This document shows positions 23,969-30,842 of a stretch of DNA of 56,143 nt, piece by piece. Made by a program: the position numbers and the translations under genes. Source of the DNA: Alphaproteobacteria bacterium (lineage in GTDB: Bacteria > Pseudomonadota > Alphaproteobacteria > UBA9219); assembly GCA_049697595.1 (NCBI GenBank), contig JBAVWC010000438.1:1-56143 (forward strand). Direction: 5' to 3'. The notes below the pieces were generated by a model that was not told the DNA's origin, did not search any database, and saw nothing but the letters and a program-made list of their open reading frames with translations. Each line of letters starts with the position of its first letter. Within the stretch, counting starts at the first letter, position 1.

Positions 23969-24585
23969 ACTGCCCTCGGTTTCATAAAAACATACCAGTG
24001 AGTGAATCCTTGCCGTCCAGTTAGATGTCCGAAAAGCGGTTTGATGTCTGTCAGGCATAAAACCTCTTTGACTTTAATTTGAGTTTCGTTCCATTTGAAA
24101 ACCAAAGTGCCGTCTGCATCGAGAACTCGGAAGCATTCAGATAAACCTTTCTTGATGTCCTCTCGCCAATCGGCAGATAGTTTGCCATATTTCTTCGCAA
24201 GCCAACTCTTGTCGCCAGCCGTCTTTAGATGCGGCGGGTCGAACACGACTAGTTTGAAATGCCCATCAGGAAAGGGTATGTCTGTGAAGTCCATTAGAAT
24301 GTCTGGATGAATTTTCAGGCTGCGTCCGTCGCATAGGATGTGTTCTTCATCGCGGATGTCTCCAAAAACAACATCAGGATTCTTTCGGTCATTCCAGAAC
24401 ATTCTGCTTCCGCTGCAAGGGTCGAGGACTCGCCGTTTCGGCATCTTAGATTCCACCCTTGGCGTAGCTTCGCTGTTCCGTGCAGGCGCACAGCTTGAGT
24501 TCTCGCCTTGTAAGCCTCCTCCGGTAGCCGCCGCCGGAGTGCGAGATACGGTGGAATTATTCGTCGTTACTGATTTCTCACTCAT
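23965..24585 (-). CDS. amino-methyltransferase (N6-adenine or N4-cytosine type, DPPH motif)
   Basis: 206-aa ORF with motif I-like VLDPCSGS followed by motif IV VVFDPPH. The start ATG overlaps the stop of the C5-MTase (ATGA). Confidence 0.72.
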   Translation of the reverse strand: MSEKSVTTNNSTVSRTPAAATGGGLQGENSSCAPARNSEATPRVESKMPKRRVLDPCSGSRMFWNDRKNPDVVFGDIRDEEHILCDGRSLKIHPDILMDFTDIPFPDGHFKLVVFDPPHLKTAGDKSWLAKKYGKLSADWREDIKKGLSECFRVLDADGTLVFKWNETQIKVKEVLCLTDIKPLFGHLTGRQGFTHWYVFMKPRAV

Positions 24586-25223
24586 ATTAAATCTCCTTCT
24601 GCTTTGAGGATCGCTTCCCCGATGATCTGCGCGATTTGAGGAACGATGCTGTTTCCGAGAGACTTAAGGCGGTGTACTCGCAGGGGTATCCCATTAGCCA
24701 CTCGACCCACGTCGGGTTCAACGCCCCACCAGCGTGCGATGCGAGTGTCTTCGAGTTCCTTGCTAATTCTGCCGGAGAGTGTCCGTTGTCCTTCCAGTCC
24801 CTCGCGCATGGCGTTGGGTACATGTGAACTTGGTTTCTCAGTCTGCATCCGCTCGTCTGGCCGTTCTCTGTATATTTTAGCCAGCTCTCTTTGCTGCCTA
24901 TCCTTGCTGCATCCTCGACCGTTGGGGTTTGCCACGATCCAGACCCTATCTCTTTTGTGGGGAGCACCTGCCGCGGAAGCGGGGATACAATGCCATTCCG
25001 CATCATACCCGATCTCAGCGAGTGACCCGAGAACTTCTTCCAATCCGCGAGAGCGAAGGGCTGAGACGTTTTCGATGATGACGTAGTGCGGCTGCGCTTC
25101 TTTGATGATGCGGAGGTACTCGAACCAGAGGCCGCTTCGCTCCCCGGCAAGCCCTGCGCCTTTTCCCGCGAGGCTGATGTCTTGGCAGGGGAAGCCTCCG
25201 GCAATAACGCTGCTTTCCATCAA
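24582..25223 (-). CDS. DNA (cytosine-5) methyltransferase, motifs IV-X (lacks motif I in this frame)
   Basis: 213-codon ORF with motif [35 protein letters not shown] and [19 protein letters not shown] stop lies 4 codons upstream of its first TTG/ATG. Confidence 0.8.
   Translation of the reverse strand: MMESSVIAGGFPCQDISLAGKGAGLAGERSGLWFEYLRIIKEAQPHYVIIENVSALRSRGLEEVLGSLAEIGYDAEWHCIPASAAGAPHKRDRVWIVANPNGRGCSKDRQQRELAKIYRERPDERMQTEKPSSHVPNAMREGLEGQRTLSGRISKELEDTRIARWWGVEPDVGRVANGIPLRVHRLKSLGNSIVPQIAQIIGEAILKAEGDLI
24587..25204 (-). other. nested +1-frame ORF carrying [16 protein letters not shown] and [13 protein letters not shown] elements
   Basis: 205-codon open frame inside the C5-MTase gene, in the same relative (+1) frame as in the plus-strand paralog. 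PTP block is at 24788-24820 and MGYP at 24683-24694. Confidence 0.45.
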
Positions 25224-25383
25224 GTGTTGTTACGTCATCGTGGCAGGGAATATCCGGCCAGTGTTTCTTTAGAACGGCTTGGCAGAACGGTTCACGTTCG
25301 CAGAAAGCGACCGTTGTCATTCCCGCCGCTTCGAGGCCGAGCGAGAAGCCGCCTATGCCGGAGAATAGGTCAAGGACGCGCAT
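25015..25383 (-). CDS. C5-MTase N-terminal fragment (motif I), out of frame with the rest
   Basis: The ATG at 25381-25383 is preceded by SD-like [60 protein letters not shown] is MTase-like. After about 25225 the frame reads Arg/Pro-rich filler until the stop at 25015. Confidence 0.6.
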   Translation of the reverse strand: MRVLDLFSGIGGFSLGLEAAGMTTVAFCEREPFCQAVLKKHWPDIPCHDDVTTLDGKQRYCRRLPLPRHQPRGKRRRACRGAKRPLVRVPPHHQRSAAALRHHRKRLSPSLSRIGRSSRVTR

Positions 25384-25957
25384 TTCTACGTTCCTTTCGC
25401 TTCTGTGCGGCTTGATAGTTGTACTGCGCGATAGGCCGCTTGCCGAGATGCGCCTTTGCGGTATTGAGAGAAATACCAGCCTCATTGAGCAAATCTTCTG
25501 TGCGCCACTCTTTCGACGGCAAAGGCCACCTGTCAGCAATCTTGTCTGCGGCTTCTTTCGTGAAGGCTTTTTTCTTATCGGCGGATATGCGGCCTCCAAT
25601 CTTTGCCGCGCCGGATGCCCTTGCCTCTTTCCAATGCTGCGTAATCAACTTGGCCGAGCATGTCGGAGGGTACACACCGCTTTCCAAAGACAGGATGCTT
25701 ATCTTTTTGCGGCGAATGTCAGGCAATAAGTCGCCCCACTCAGGATATGTTCTAGCAAGGACACCAAGACTGACGACCGCTAGCGTAATTTGTTCATTGC
25801 GACGTGTCGGGCGCAGGATTGCCGCCAAACCAGATTCGCCTTCGTACATCGGGATGGTGCTCCAATAGTCACCAAAATGTGTTGCGAAGGCATCGGCCTG
25901 ATACTGCGCCGTTCTCCAAGTTTTGTCTGAAATATAGGCTTTATGTGTCATTTTCAT
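25370..25957 (-). CDS. resolvase-like / HTH protein (possibly a degenerate serine recombinase)
   Basis: 195-aa [17 protein letters not shown]...[14 protein letters not shown] and the C-terminal GGR...[19 protein letters not shown] follow the order of resolvase catalytic-domain and HTH blocks, but several catalytic positions look substituted. First gene of the MTase operon. Confidence 0.45.
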   Translation of the reverse strand: MKMTHKAYISDKTWRTAQYQADAFATHFGDYWSTIPMYEGESGLAAILRPTRRNEQITLAVVSLGVLARTYPEWGDLLPDIRRKKISILSLESGVYPPTCSAKLITQHWKEARASGAAKIGGRISADKKKAFTKEAADKIADRWPLPSKEWRTEDLLNEAGISLNTAKAHLGKRPIAQYNYQAAQKRKERRNARP

Positions 25958-25982
25958 ATTTTATGGTTGACGCACTCAGATT

Positions 25983-26029
25983 GTGCTTGACGAAGTGTAT
26001 ATCACGGGTTTATAAACAGTGTCAAGCAC
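25983..26029. promoter_or_regulatory. palindromic switch: interdigitated divergent promoters
   Basis: The inverted repeat GTGCTTGAC (25983-25991) / GTCAAGCAC (26021-26029) supplies a TTGAC -35 on each strand. Plus strand: TTGACG, 17 nt, TTATAA (26010-26015). Minus strand: TTGACA (26020-26025), 18 nt, TATACA (25996-26001). Confidence 0.5.
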
Positions 26030-26074
26030 GATGAGAAATAAAACTGAACCCTAACCCCAGAAACGGAGAATAAA

Positions 26075-26224
26075 ATGAATGACGAAAGAATGGCCGAACT
26101 GCGTGAGATGGCGAAACAGAGTCACCCATGTAGTCCTGATGAAACTTTGCGCCTAATCGCGGAGATTGAAATTCTTAAATTGAAGGTATGGCAACATGAA
26201 AATGGCCTACCTAAAGCTGTTTAA
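26075..26224 (+). CDS. hypothetical protein (49 aa)
   Basis: Hand translation: MNDERMAELREMAKQSHPCSPDETLRLIAEIEILKLKVWQHENGLPKAV. SD GGAG lies upstream. A junction-motif copy starts 28 nt before the ATG. Confidence 0.45.
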   Translation: MNDERMAELREMAKQSHPCSPDETLRLIAEIEILKLKVWQHENGLPKAV

Positions 26225-26348
26225 CCAACTAACCCCAACCTTGGACGGTACGAATATGTCGAATAAGTACAGCATTACGGAGAAACATGGGCGTGCCGCC
26301 ACGGGCGAACACCGGACATGCCGTAAAGCCTCCAGCGTCCAAGACTTT

Positions 26349-26425
26349 CTGAATGTAGCTCAGCTTGGTAGAGCATCGCGTTTGGGACGCGAGGGTCGTA
26401 GGTTCAAATCCTGCCATTCAGACCA
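26349..26425 (+). tRNA. tRNA-Pro (anticodon UGG), CCA encoded
   Basis: Hand-folded cloverleaf. Acceptor stem CTGAATG/CATTCAG, D arm GCTC-AGCTTGGTA-GAGC, anticodon arm TCGCG-TTTGGGA-CGCGA, variable loop GGGTC, T arm GTAGG-TTCAAAT-CCTGC, discriminator A, then CCA. G37 is as in Pro tRNAs. Confidence 0.9.
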
Positions 26426-26458
26426 ATTTAACCCCTAACCCCAGAATTGGACAAAAAA

Positions 26459-26827
26459 ATGAGTTTACCTTTCCTATATTTGATATTTTGTGTACTACCA
26501 TCGGCTGCTGGATGGGTTGGAACTTTTACAATTTTGGGGATCGTTACCCTCATCATTTTGGGAATCGCAATCGCCGTCATGAAATCGGTTGAATACGATG
26601 ATGACGATAAGAGGAAATCAGCCGCAGTTCTTTCCTACATGAAGAAACTTTCTGGTTTTGTCGTACTGTTAGCAATCCTTGATGTGTTTTTACCAGATCA
26701 AAGCCAGATTTACACGATTACTGGTGCCTACGCTGTGACCAACAACGCAGAGATAGCTAAACTGCCCGACAACATTCTCAAGGCTGCAAATGGTTATCTT
26801 GAGAAACTAAGCGCCAAGCAACCCTAA
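26459..26827 (+). CDS. membrane protein (122 aa)
   Basis: ORF 26447..26827 trimmed to the ATG at 26459. It has several hydrophobic segments and ends in KQP followed by a stop inside a junction motif. Confidence 0.6.
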   Translation: MSLPFLYLIFCVLPSAAGWVGTFTILGIVTLIILGIAIAVMKSVEYDDDDKRKSAAVLSYMKKLSGFVVLLAILDVFLPDQSQIYTITGAYAVTNNAEIAKLPDNILKAANGYLEKLSAKQP

Positions 26828-26848
26828 CCCCAAAATGTGAGAACGATC

Positions 26849-27091
26849 ATGTCTTTAGGAACTTGCTTCGCTTGCGATAAAAGACTTGGTGGCAACCCAT
26901 ATATGGTTGATACCCGTGACGGCCAGACGGTGTTTGTTGGCGCGGAGTGTTACAAGACAATCAAGAGTTCTGGCGAAGCTGGCTATCTGCCTCCGAAAGG
27001 TGGGCCAAGGCTCTGGACAATCCCGAAAGGTCTTAGCCAACAGGAATTAAACGATCTACACAAAGTTTCTGTGCGCAGTATGTGTGCGTAA
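26849..27091 (+). CDS. hypothetical Cys-containing protein (80 aa)
   Basis: ORF 26837..27091 trimmed to the ATG at 26849. Confidence 0.55.
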   Translation: MSLGTCFACDKRLGGNPYMVDTRDGQTVFVGAECYKTIKSSGEAGYLPPKGGPRLWTIPKGLSQQELNDLHKVSVRSMCA

Positions 27092-27114
27092 CTATGGTTA
27101 GGTGGAGAGATGAT

Positions 27115-27267
27115 ATGTCGGAACTGGAGCAAGCAGAATACAACAAACAAGTCTGGTGGACTCGTGCGGTAAATGCCACTGAGCAAAAAGATCGCATGGA
27201 TGCCATTCAGGCTGTTAATGAGCTGAATGACTATATAGTTTCTATTAAAAACCTAAAGCAACCTTAA
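27115..27267 (+). CDS. hypothetical protein (50 aa)
   Basis: ORF 27082..27267. The ATG at 27115 is preferred because of the GGAGAG SD 6 nt upstream. It ends in KQP followed by a stop inside a junction motif. Confidence 0.5.
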   Translation: MSELEQAEYNKQVWWTRAVNATEQKDRMDAIQAVNELNDYIVSIKNLKQP

Positions 27268-27287
27268 CCCAAAAAAACGGATCCAGC

Positions 27288-27506
27288 ATGTTTAAGATAC
27301 CGGAAAATTTCCTCGAAGGAATTAACGACGATGGAATCATCTCGGGCACAGGCTCTATGATAGAAACTCATTACGGGGAACTTGAAAGCCTTAAGCTTCG
27401 GAACGGCTATCTTGCCGTTATTATCGACTGGCAAGACATAGAGATTGAGACGCGCATCCCTCTAGAAATGCTTGACAAGATACTTGCAAAACACAAGCAA
27501 CCCTAA
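27288..27506 (+). CDS. hypothetical protein (72 aa)
   Basis: ORF track. It ends in KQP followed by a stop inside a junction motif. Confidence 0.55.
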   Translation: MFKIPENFLEGINDDGIISGTGSMIETHYGELESLKLRNGYLAVIIDWQDIEIETRIPLEMLDKILAKHKQP

Positions 27507-27515
27507 CCCCGAAAT

Positions 27516-27731
27516 ATGCGCAACCAACTCGACCTTTTACCGAAACCGACTAAGCCACGAAAGAAGCGGGAATGGTTGATGCACGTTTACGATGCTGGAG
27601 ATGGAAGCGATGGATTTGAAATGGCCTGTTGTTTTGAATGTACACACTGTGGGCATAAAGAAGAATGGGTGAATATGAGAACGGTCACGGAAGCCAAGCG
27701 CGGCATACCATGTCCGAAGTGCAACCATTAA
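27516..27731 (+). CDS. zinc-ribbon protein (71 aa)
   Basis: ORF track. It carries CCFECTHCG...CPKC cysteine pairs. Confidence 0.55.
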   Translation: MRNQLDLLPKPTKPRKKREWLMHVYDAGDGSDGFEMACCFECTHCGHKEEWVNMRTVTEAKRGIPCPKCNH

Positions 27732-27872
27732 CCCCAAAACAAGCATTGGCTTAACTGTTATAAGCTTCCTATTAAGTGTTATAAGGTTCCGGAAGTTTTA
27801 ACACTAGAATTGGATGCTGTGAATATGCCGAATAAGCAGTCTGCCGACAGGCATTTGTTACATCCAAGGCAG

Positions 27873-28103
27873 TTACCGGCGCATCCCCAACAACTTGCCA
27901 TATTCGAGTATCCTAGCTATCGCAGCCTTCGGGCAACCGTAGTGAGATCGACCCGGCTGCATCCACATACTTCGCGCCATTGATATGCTGCTTTCGTTCA
28001 GCCCCATGAGCTTGGCGATTTTCGTCTGCGTATAATCGCGCCGCAAATCCTCTATTATGCGCTTGGCTTTTTGGCGGTCGGAAAAAGTTATTTCCATCTG
28101 CAT
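27873..28103 (-). CDS. HTH-type small regulator (76 aa)
   Basis: ORF track. YTQTKIAKLMGLNESSISMARS has an HTH pattern. It is the last gene of the late minus-strand operon. Confidence 0.55.
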   Translation of the reverse strand: MQMEITFSDRQKAKRIIEDLRRDYTQTKIAKLMGLNESSISMARSMWMQPGRSHYGCPKAAIARILEYGKLLGMRR

Positions 28104-28152
28104 CCCATTCTATACCGCCGCATAGCCTCGCACAGGCATTTCTCGGCGTGGG

Positions 28153-28608
28153 TCATGCAAGAGTGCCACCCGCCGCCGTATAAGCCTCCGTGAGTGCGGC
28201 AATCGTGTTTGTGTGTTGTCCATATGTCGCCCCAGGCAATGAAGCCCATATATGCGCCACCTTGGACATGGCAGTTATGAAATTGCCGTTGATAACGTCG
28301 TCGGCTGCGCCGCTCTCGAATATCTGGCGTAAGGCAATCGTGTCTTGGCTGTCCGGCGAGAAGTCAGGCAGGTCTAGCATGAGTTTGTAGGCGTCGTAAT
28401 AACGCCCTAGAAGCTGGTAGCGACCCGCTGCCGTAGAATCCAACGCTGTGTTCAAGATGCGCGGATGATCGGCGTATGAGGTAAAGAGGAGGGGGTGAGT
28501 GGGGGTCGATCCGACGAGAACCATATATCCGTTGTCGCTATTGGGAATGAGGCTCGTGCCTTCGCTCCAAGCGATACTGTCAAGGAAGGCTTTCTGGTTC
28601 GGGTTCAC
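28153..28608 (-). CDS. endolysin, lambda R-type lytic transglycosylase (GH104)
   Basis: 151-aa ORF. KAFLDSIAWSEGT...HP...STAAGRYQLL...DFSPDSQD...IWASLPGATYGQ...AAGGT is collinear with lambda R. Confidence 0.9.
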   Translation of the reverse strand: MNPNQKAFLDSIAWSEGTSLIPNSDNGYMVLVGSTPTHPLLFTSYADHPRILNTALDSTAAGRYQLLGRYYDAYKLMLDLPDFSPDSQDTIALRQIFESGAADDVINGNFITAMSKVAHIWASLPGATYGQHTNTIAALTEAYTAAGGTLA

Positions 28609-28898
28609 TGAAACTTCCTCTTCATTCCGCTTTCGAGAATGTCGTCAATCCTGCGTATCAAGTCGCCTTGGTCGGTTAGCTTCTGGTTGACCGTGGCGAG
28701 GCTGGAATTAATGCGTTCGCGGTCATCATCCTGTTTTTCTTTCCACACCTTAAGAGACAAAACCTCAGTTTCGGTGGCCTGAACCTGGGAGTCTAACTTG
28801 CTGGCATACCAGATAGACGAACCGGCATTGATAAGAATGGCGACAATCACACCTATGGTGATTTTTTTATCGAGGTGCCAATCTGTCTTTTCTTGCAT
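28605..28898 (-). CDS. membrane-anchored coiled-coil lysis-cassette protein (holin/spanin-like)
   Basis: 97-aa ORF with one transmembrane segment (ITIGVIVAILINAGSSIWYA) followed by a coiled coil. It overlaps the endolysin start. Confidence 0.5.
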   Translation of the reverse strand: MQEKTDWHLDKKITIGVIVAILINAGSSIWYASKLDSQVQATETEVLSLKVWKEKQDDDRERINSSLATVNQKLTDQGDLIRRIDDILESGMKRKFQ

Positions 28899-28899
28899 C

Positions 28900-29139
28900 T
28901 CAGTCTCCCACTGGGTTTCCGTTGTTCGTCAGATTGGTCTGCACTGGAATTTGATTAACGGCATCCGGGAAATCATCGGGCTGGCTGTAGGTTTTGACGC
29001 TCTCGACGGCCTTTAGAACATGCGTTCCAGCTTTGATGCCGTCAGCCTCGACTCCGCTAATAATTCCTGTTTTTTGCAAAATAGAAATTACTAGCGGAAT
29101 CCCGTATTTAACCAGAAGTGGAACAAGCCACACTGGCAT
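28900..29139 (-). CDS. putative holin-like small membrane protein (79 aa)
   Basis: ORF track. It has an N-terminal hydrophobic segment (MPVWLVPLLVKYGIPLVISIL) and lies two genes upstream of the endolysin. Confidence 0.45.
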   Translation of the reverse strand: MPVWLVPLLVKYGIPLVISILQKTGIISGVEADGIKAGTHVLKAVESVKTYSQPDDFPDAVNQIPVQTNLTNNGNPVGD

Positions 29140-29142
29140 TTG

Positions 29143-29472
29143 TTACACCGCAGCCAAAGCAGCAGCGCCAGCAGCCGAGAGGTCAGGAGCAGCAGCGGGT
29201 TCAGCCGCGACCGCATTGGCAACCGTTCCAGCCGCCGCCGTAGCCAATCCAGCACTCACGCCGCTCGTCAGGGCGGTTGTAAGGCTCGTCAGGACGGTTT
29301 TGGCTTCAGCCGGTGCGAACGCCTTCAGAAACGCGCTAACGGCGTCTCCAAGGTCATCCTCTACCGTCTTAACAGCAGGCGATGCGCCAGAGGTCAGCGT
29401 AGATAATGCGGCTTGCAGATTGCCGGCGAAGGCTTCGTCAGCAGCTTTTACGAGAAAGAAAGTCATTTCCAT
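29143..29472 (-). CDS. Ala-rich hypothetical protein
   Basis: ORF 29143..29484. An internal ATG (29472 or 29466) after SD AAGGA is preferred. Confidence 0.5.
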   Translation of the reverse strand: MEMTFFLVKAADEAFAGNLQAALSTLTSGASPAVKTVEDDLGDAVSAFLKAFAPAEAKTVLTSLTTALTSGVSAGLATAAAGTVANAVAAEPAAAPDLSAAGAAALAAV

Positions 29473-29633
29473 TTTCCTTTGCAAAGGGTTGTAGTTATCT
29501 CAAGTGTATCATCGTATTCAGTATTTTGAAAGAGTGATTGTATTTCTTCCAAATGTCTTGAAATTCTTTCATCCGATTCACACTTATTCAATAACTCATG
29601 TTCGATGCAGCGTACTCGGCTTAGGATCGACAT
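29463..29633 (-). CDS. possible small protein (56 aa) in an AT-rich pocket
   Basis: Internal ATG of ORF 29463..29780 (MSILSRVRCIEHELLNKCESDERISRHLEEIQSLFQNTEYDDTLEITTTLCKGKWK). Local AT-rich composition differs from the flanks. Confidence 0.3.
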   Translation of the reverse strand: MSILSRVRCIEHELLNKCESDERISRHLEEIQSLFQNTEYDDTLEITTTLCKGKWK

Positions 29634-29685
29634 TTTTAGAAGGATGTGATCGTTATTCAATTTGAACCCCGCCCGTAAACGCCGG

Positions 29686-30837
29686 TTATGGAAACCCGTT
29701 AAATGTGAAAGCGTCCGGACGGCTCGGAAACACGGTCGCTGCGCCCCCGGTATTCTGAAAGTTAAGAACCTCATAAGCATCGGTAATAGACCCGGCTGTG
29801 TTGAGATTAGCCGTCACTGTCGTCGCATTTGTCAGAGTTTCGGACGGCATGATCGTGGCATGCGTGGTATTAGTCGCTGTTGAGGATCGGAATCCATTCC
29901 AATTGAGCATGCTGGACGTCGTGGCAGAACTCGTAATCGTTGCCGTATTGTTTGTGGCTGCCGACAATGCAATCGTGCCGCGCTGCGCCGACTGTTGAAG
30001 CACGCCTGAAACAAATTCGACCACGACGAAATTGTCTTGCTGCGTGTTACCGTCTGCGCTGTCGCCAATCGTGATTGTTACAGTTGTGGGCGCTGTAAGC
30101 TGTATCGTTGGCTGTTCTTCGACGGTCGTGTCGCCGTTTGGTGATCCGCCGCCTTCGAAGATGCACATAGCATTGGCTAGAGTAACAGATGTAATCGCTT
30201 GCGTCGATGTGCTACCAGAACTGTCTGTCCATGTATGAACAAATTGTTGTGTACTTGAATTAAGAGCTGCTGGATTCCAGTTGACGACCTGATAGCCACC
30301 GATTGTGGTGCCAGAACCGCCATTAATAAGAGTACCCGTAACGGTCGTGGTATTCGTAAGAGTGACGACATACGTGTTTAAATCGAAATGCTGTGAGGTA
30401 AGCGTCTGACTCATGCCCTCATAGAAAACGCTGGAATTTGCTGTCGTGACCGCTGAAATCATTGACGTGACGCCGGTACCGGTTGTCATTGAGATGGTGC
30501 CGGTTTGAACTGAACTAACGAGATTGCTCGTCGCGTCAACCACATCGAATGTGCAGTTTACCGTTGTCGTGCTGCTGACGCCGCGCGTGGCTGTAATAGT
30601 CGTTCCAGACAACGCTATGCGTGCATAAGCCTGTCCGTTTGACGCCGCCGCGCTCGTGGTGCAGCCTTGAAATACCAAAAATGGCGTGCCTACCGTTGCC
30701 GTAATAGAGGCCGTCCCCGTCAAAGAACCTGATGCAATTGTGACGCTGCCATGCTGAACGCTGTTAACGTACTGCGTAGCATGGGCAGGAAGTACCCGGC
30801 ACAATATGAGTAAAACTATAAGAGCAAAAGTTTTCAT
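29686..30837 (-). CDS. signal-peptide protein built of four tandem Thr/Ser-rich beta modules
   Basis: ORF 29686..30855 trimmed to the ATG at 30835-30837. MKTFALIVLLILCRVLPAHA resembles a signal peptide. Four modules of about 90 aa each start with (V/L)Q.G(S/T)I and end with V(V/L)(D/N)(F/W). Confidence 0.7.
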   Translation of the reverse strand: MKTFALIVLLILCRVLPAHATQYVNSVQHGSVTIASGSLTGTASITATVGTPFLVFQGCTTSAAASNGQAYARIALSGTTITATRGVSSTTTVNCTFDVVDATSNLVSSVQTGTISMTTGTGVTSMISAVTTANSSVFYEGMSQTLTSQHFDLNTYVVTLTNTTTVTGTLINGGSGTTIGGYQVVNWNPAALNSSTQQFVHTWTDSSGSTSTQAITSVTLANAMCIFEGGGSPNGDTTVEEQPTIQLTAPTTVTITIGDSADGNTQQDNFVVVEFVSGVLQQSAQRGTIALSAATNNTATITSSATTSSMLNWNGFRSSTATNTTHATIMPSETLTNATTVTANLNTAGSITDAYEVLNFQNTGGAATVFPSRPDAFTFNGFP

Positions 30838-30842
30838 GTTTC

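Larger units (their letters stand above)
26047..27738 (+). repeat. dispersed gene-junction motif AACCCTAACCCCA(A/G)AA, six copies
   Basis: Copies at 26047-26060, 26430-26444, 26820-26833, 27260-27273, 27499-27512 and 27723-27738. A related copy lies at 16518-16532. Four copies start 28-29 nt before a start codon, and three contain the stop of a gene ending in KQP. Confidence 0.8.

Noticed and set aside
26047-27738. Telomere-like CCCTAA sequence
   Set aside because: CCCTAACCCC occurs once per site, not as a tandem array, and the sites lie at internal gene junctions. The resemblance to telomeric repeats is coincidental.
28994-29494. 166-aa plus-strand Ala-rich ORF
   Set aside because: It is the mirror image of the minus-strand Ala-rich gene and the holin-like gene. 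GC-rich Ala codons keep the antisense frame open.
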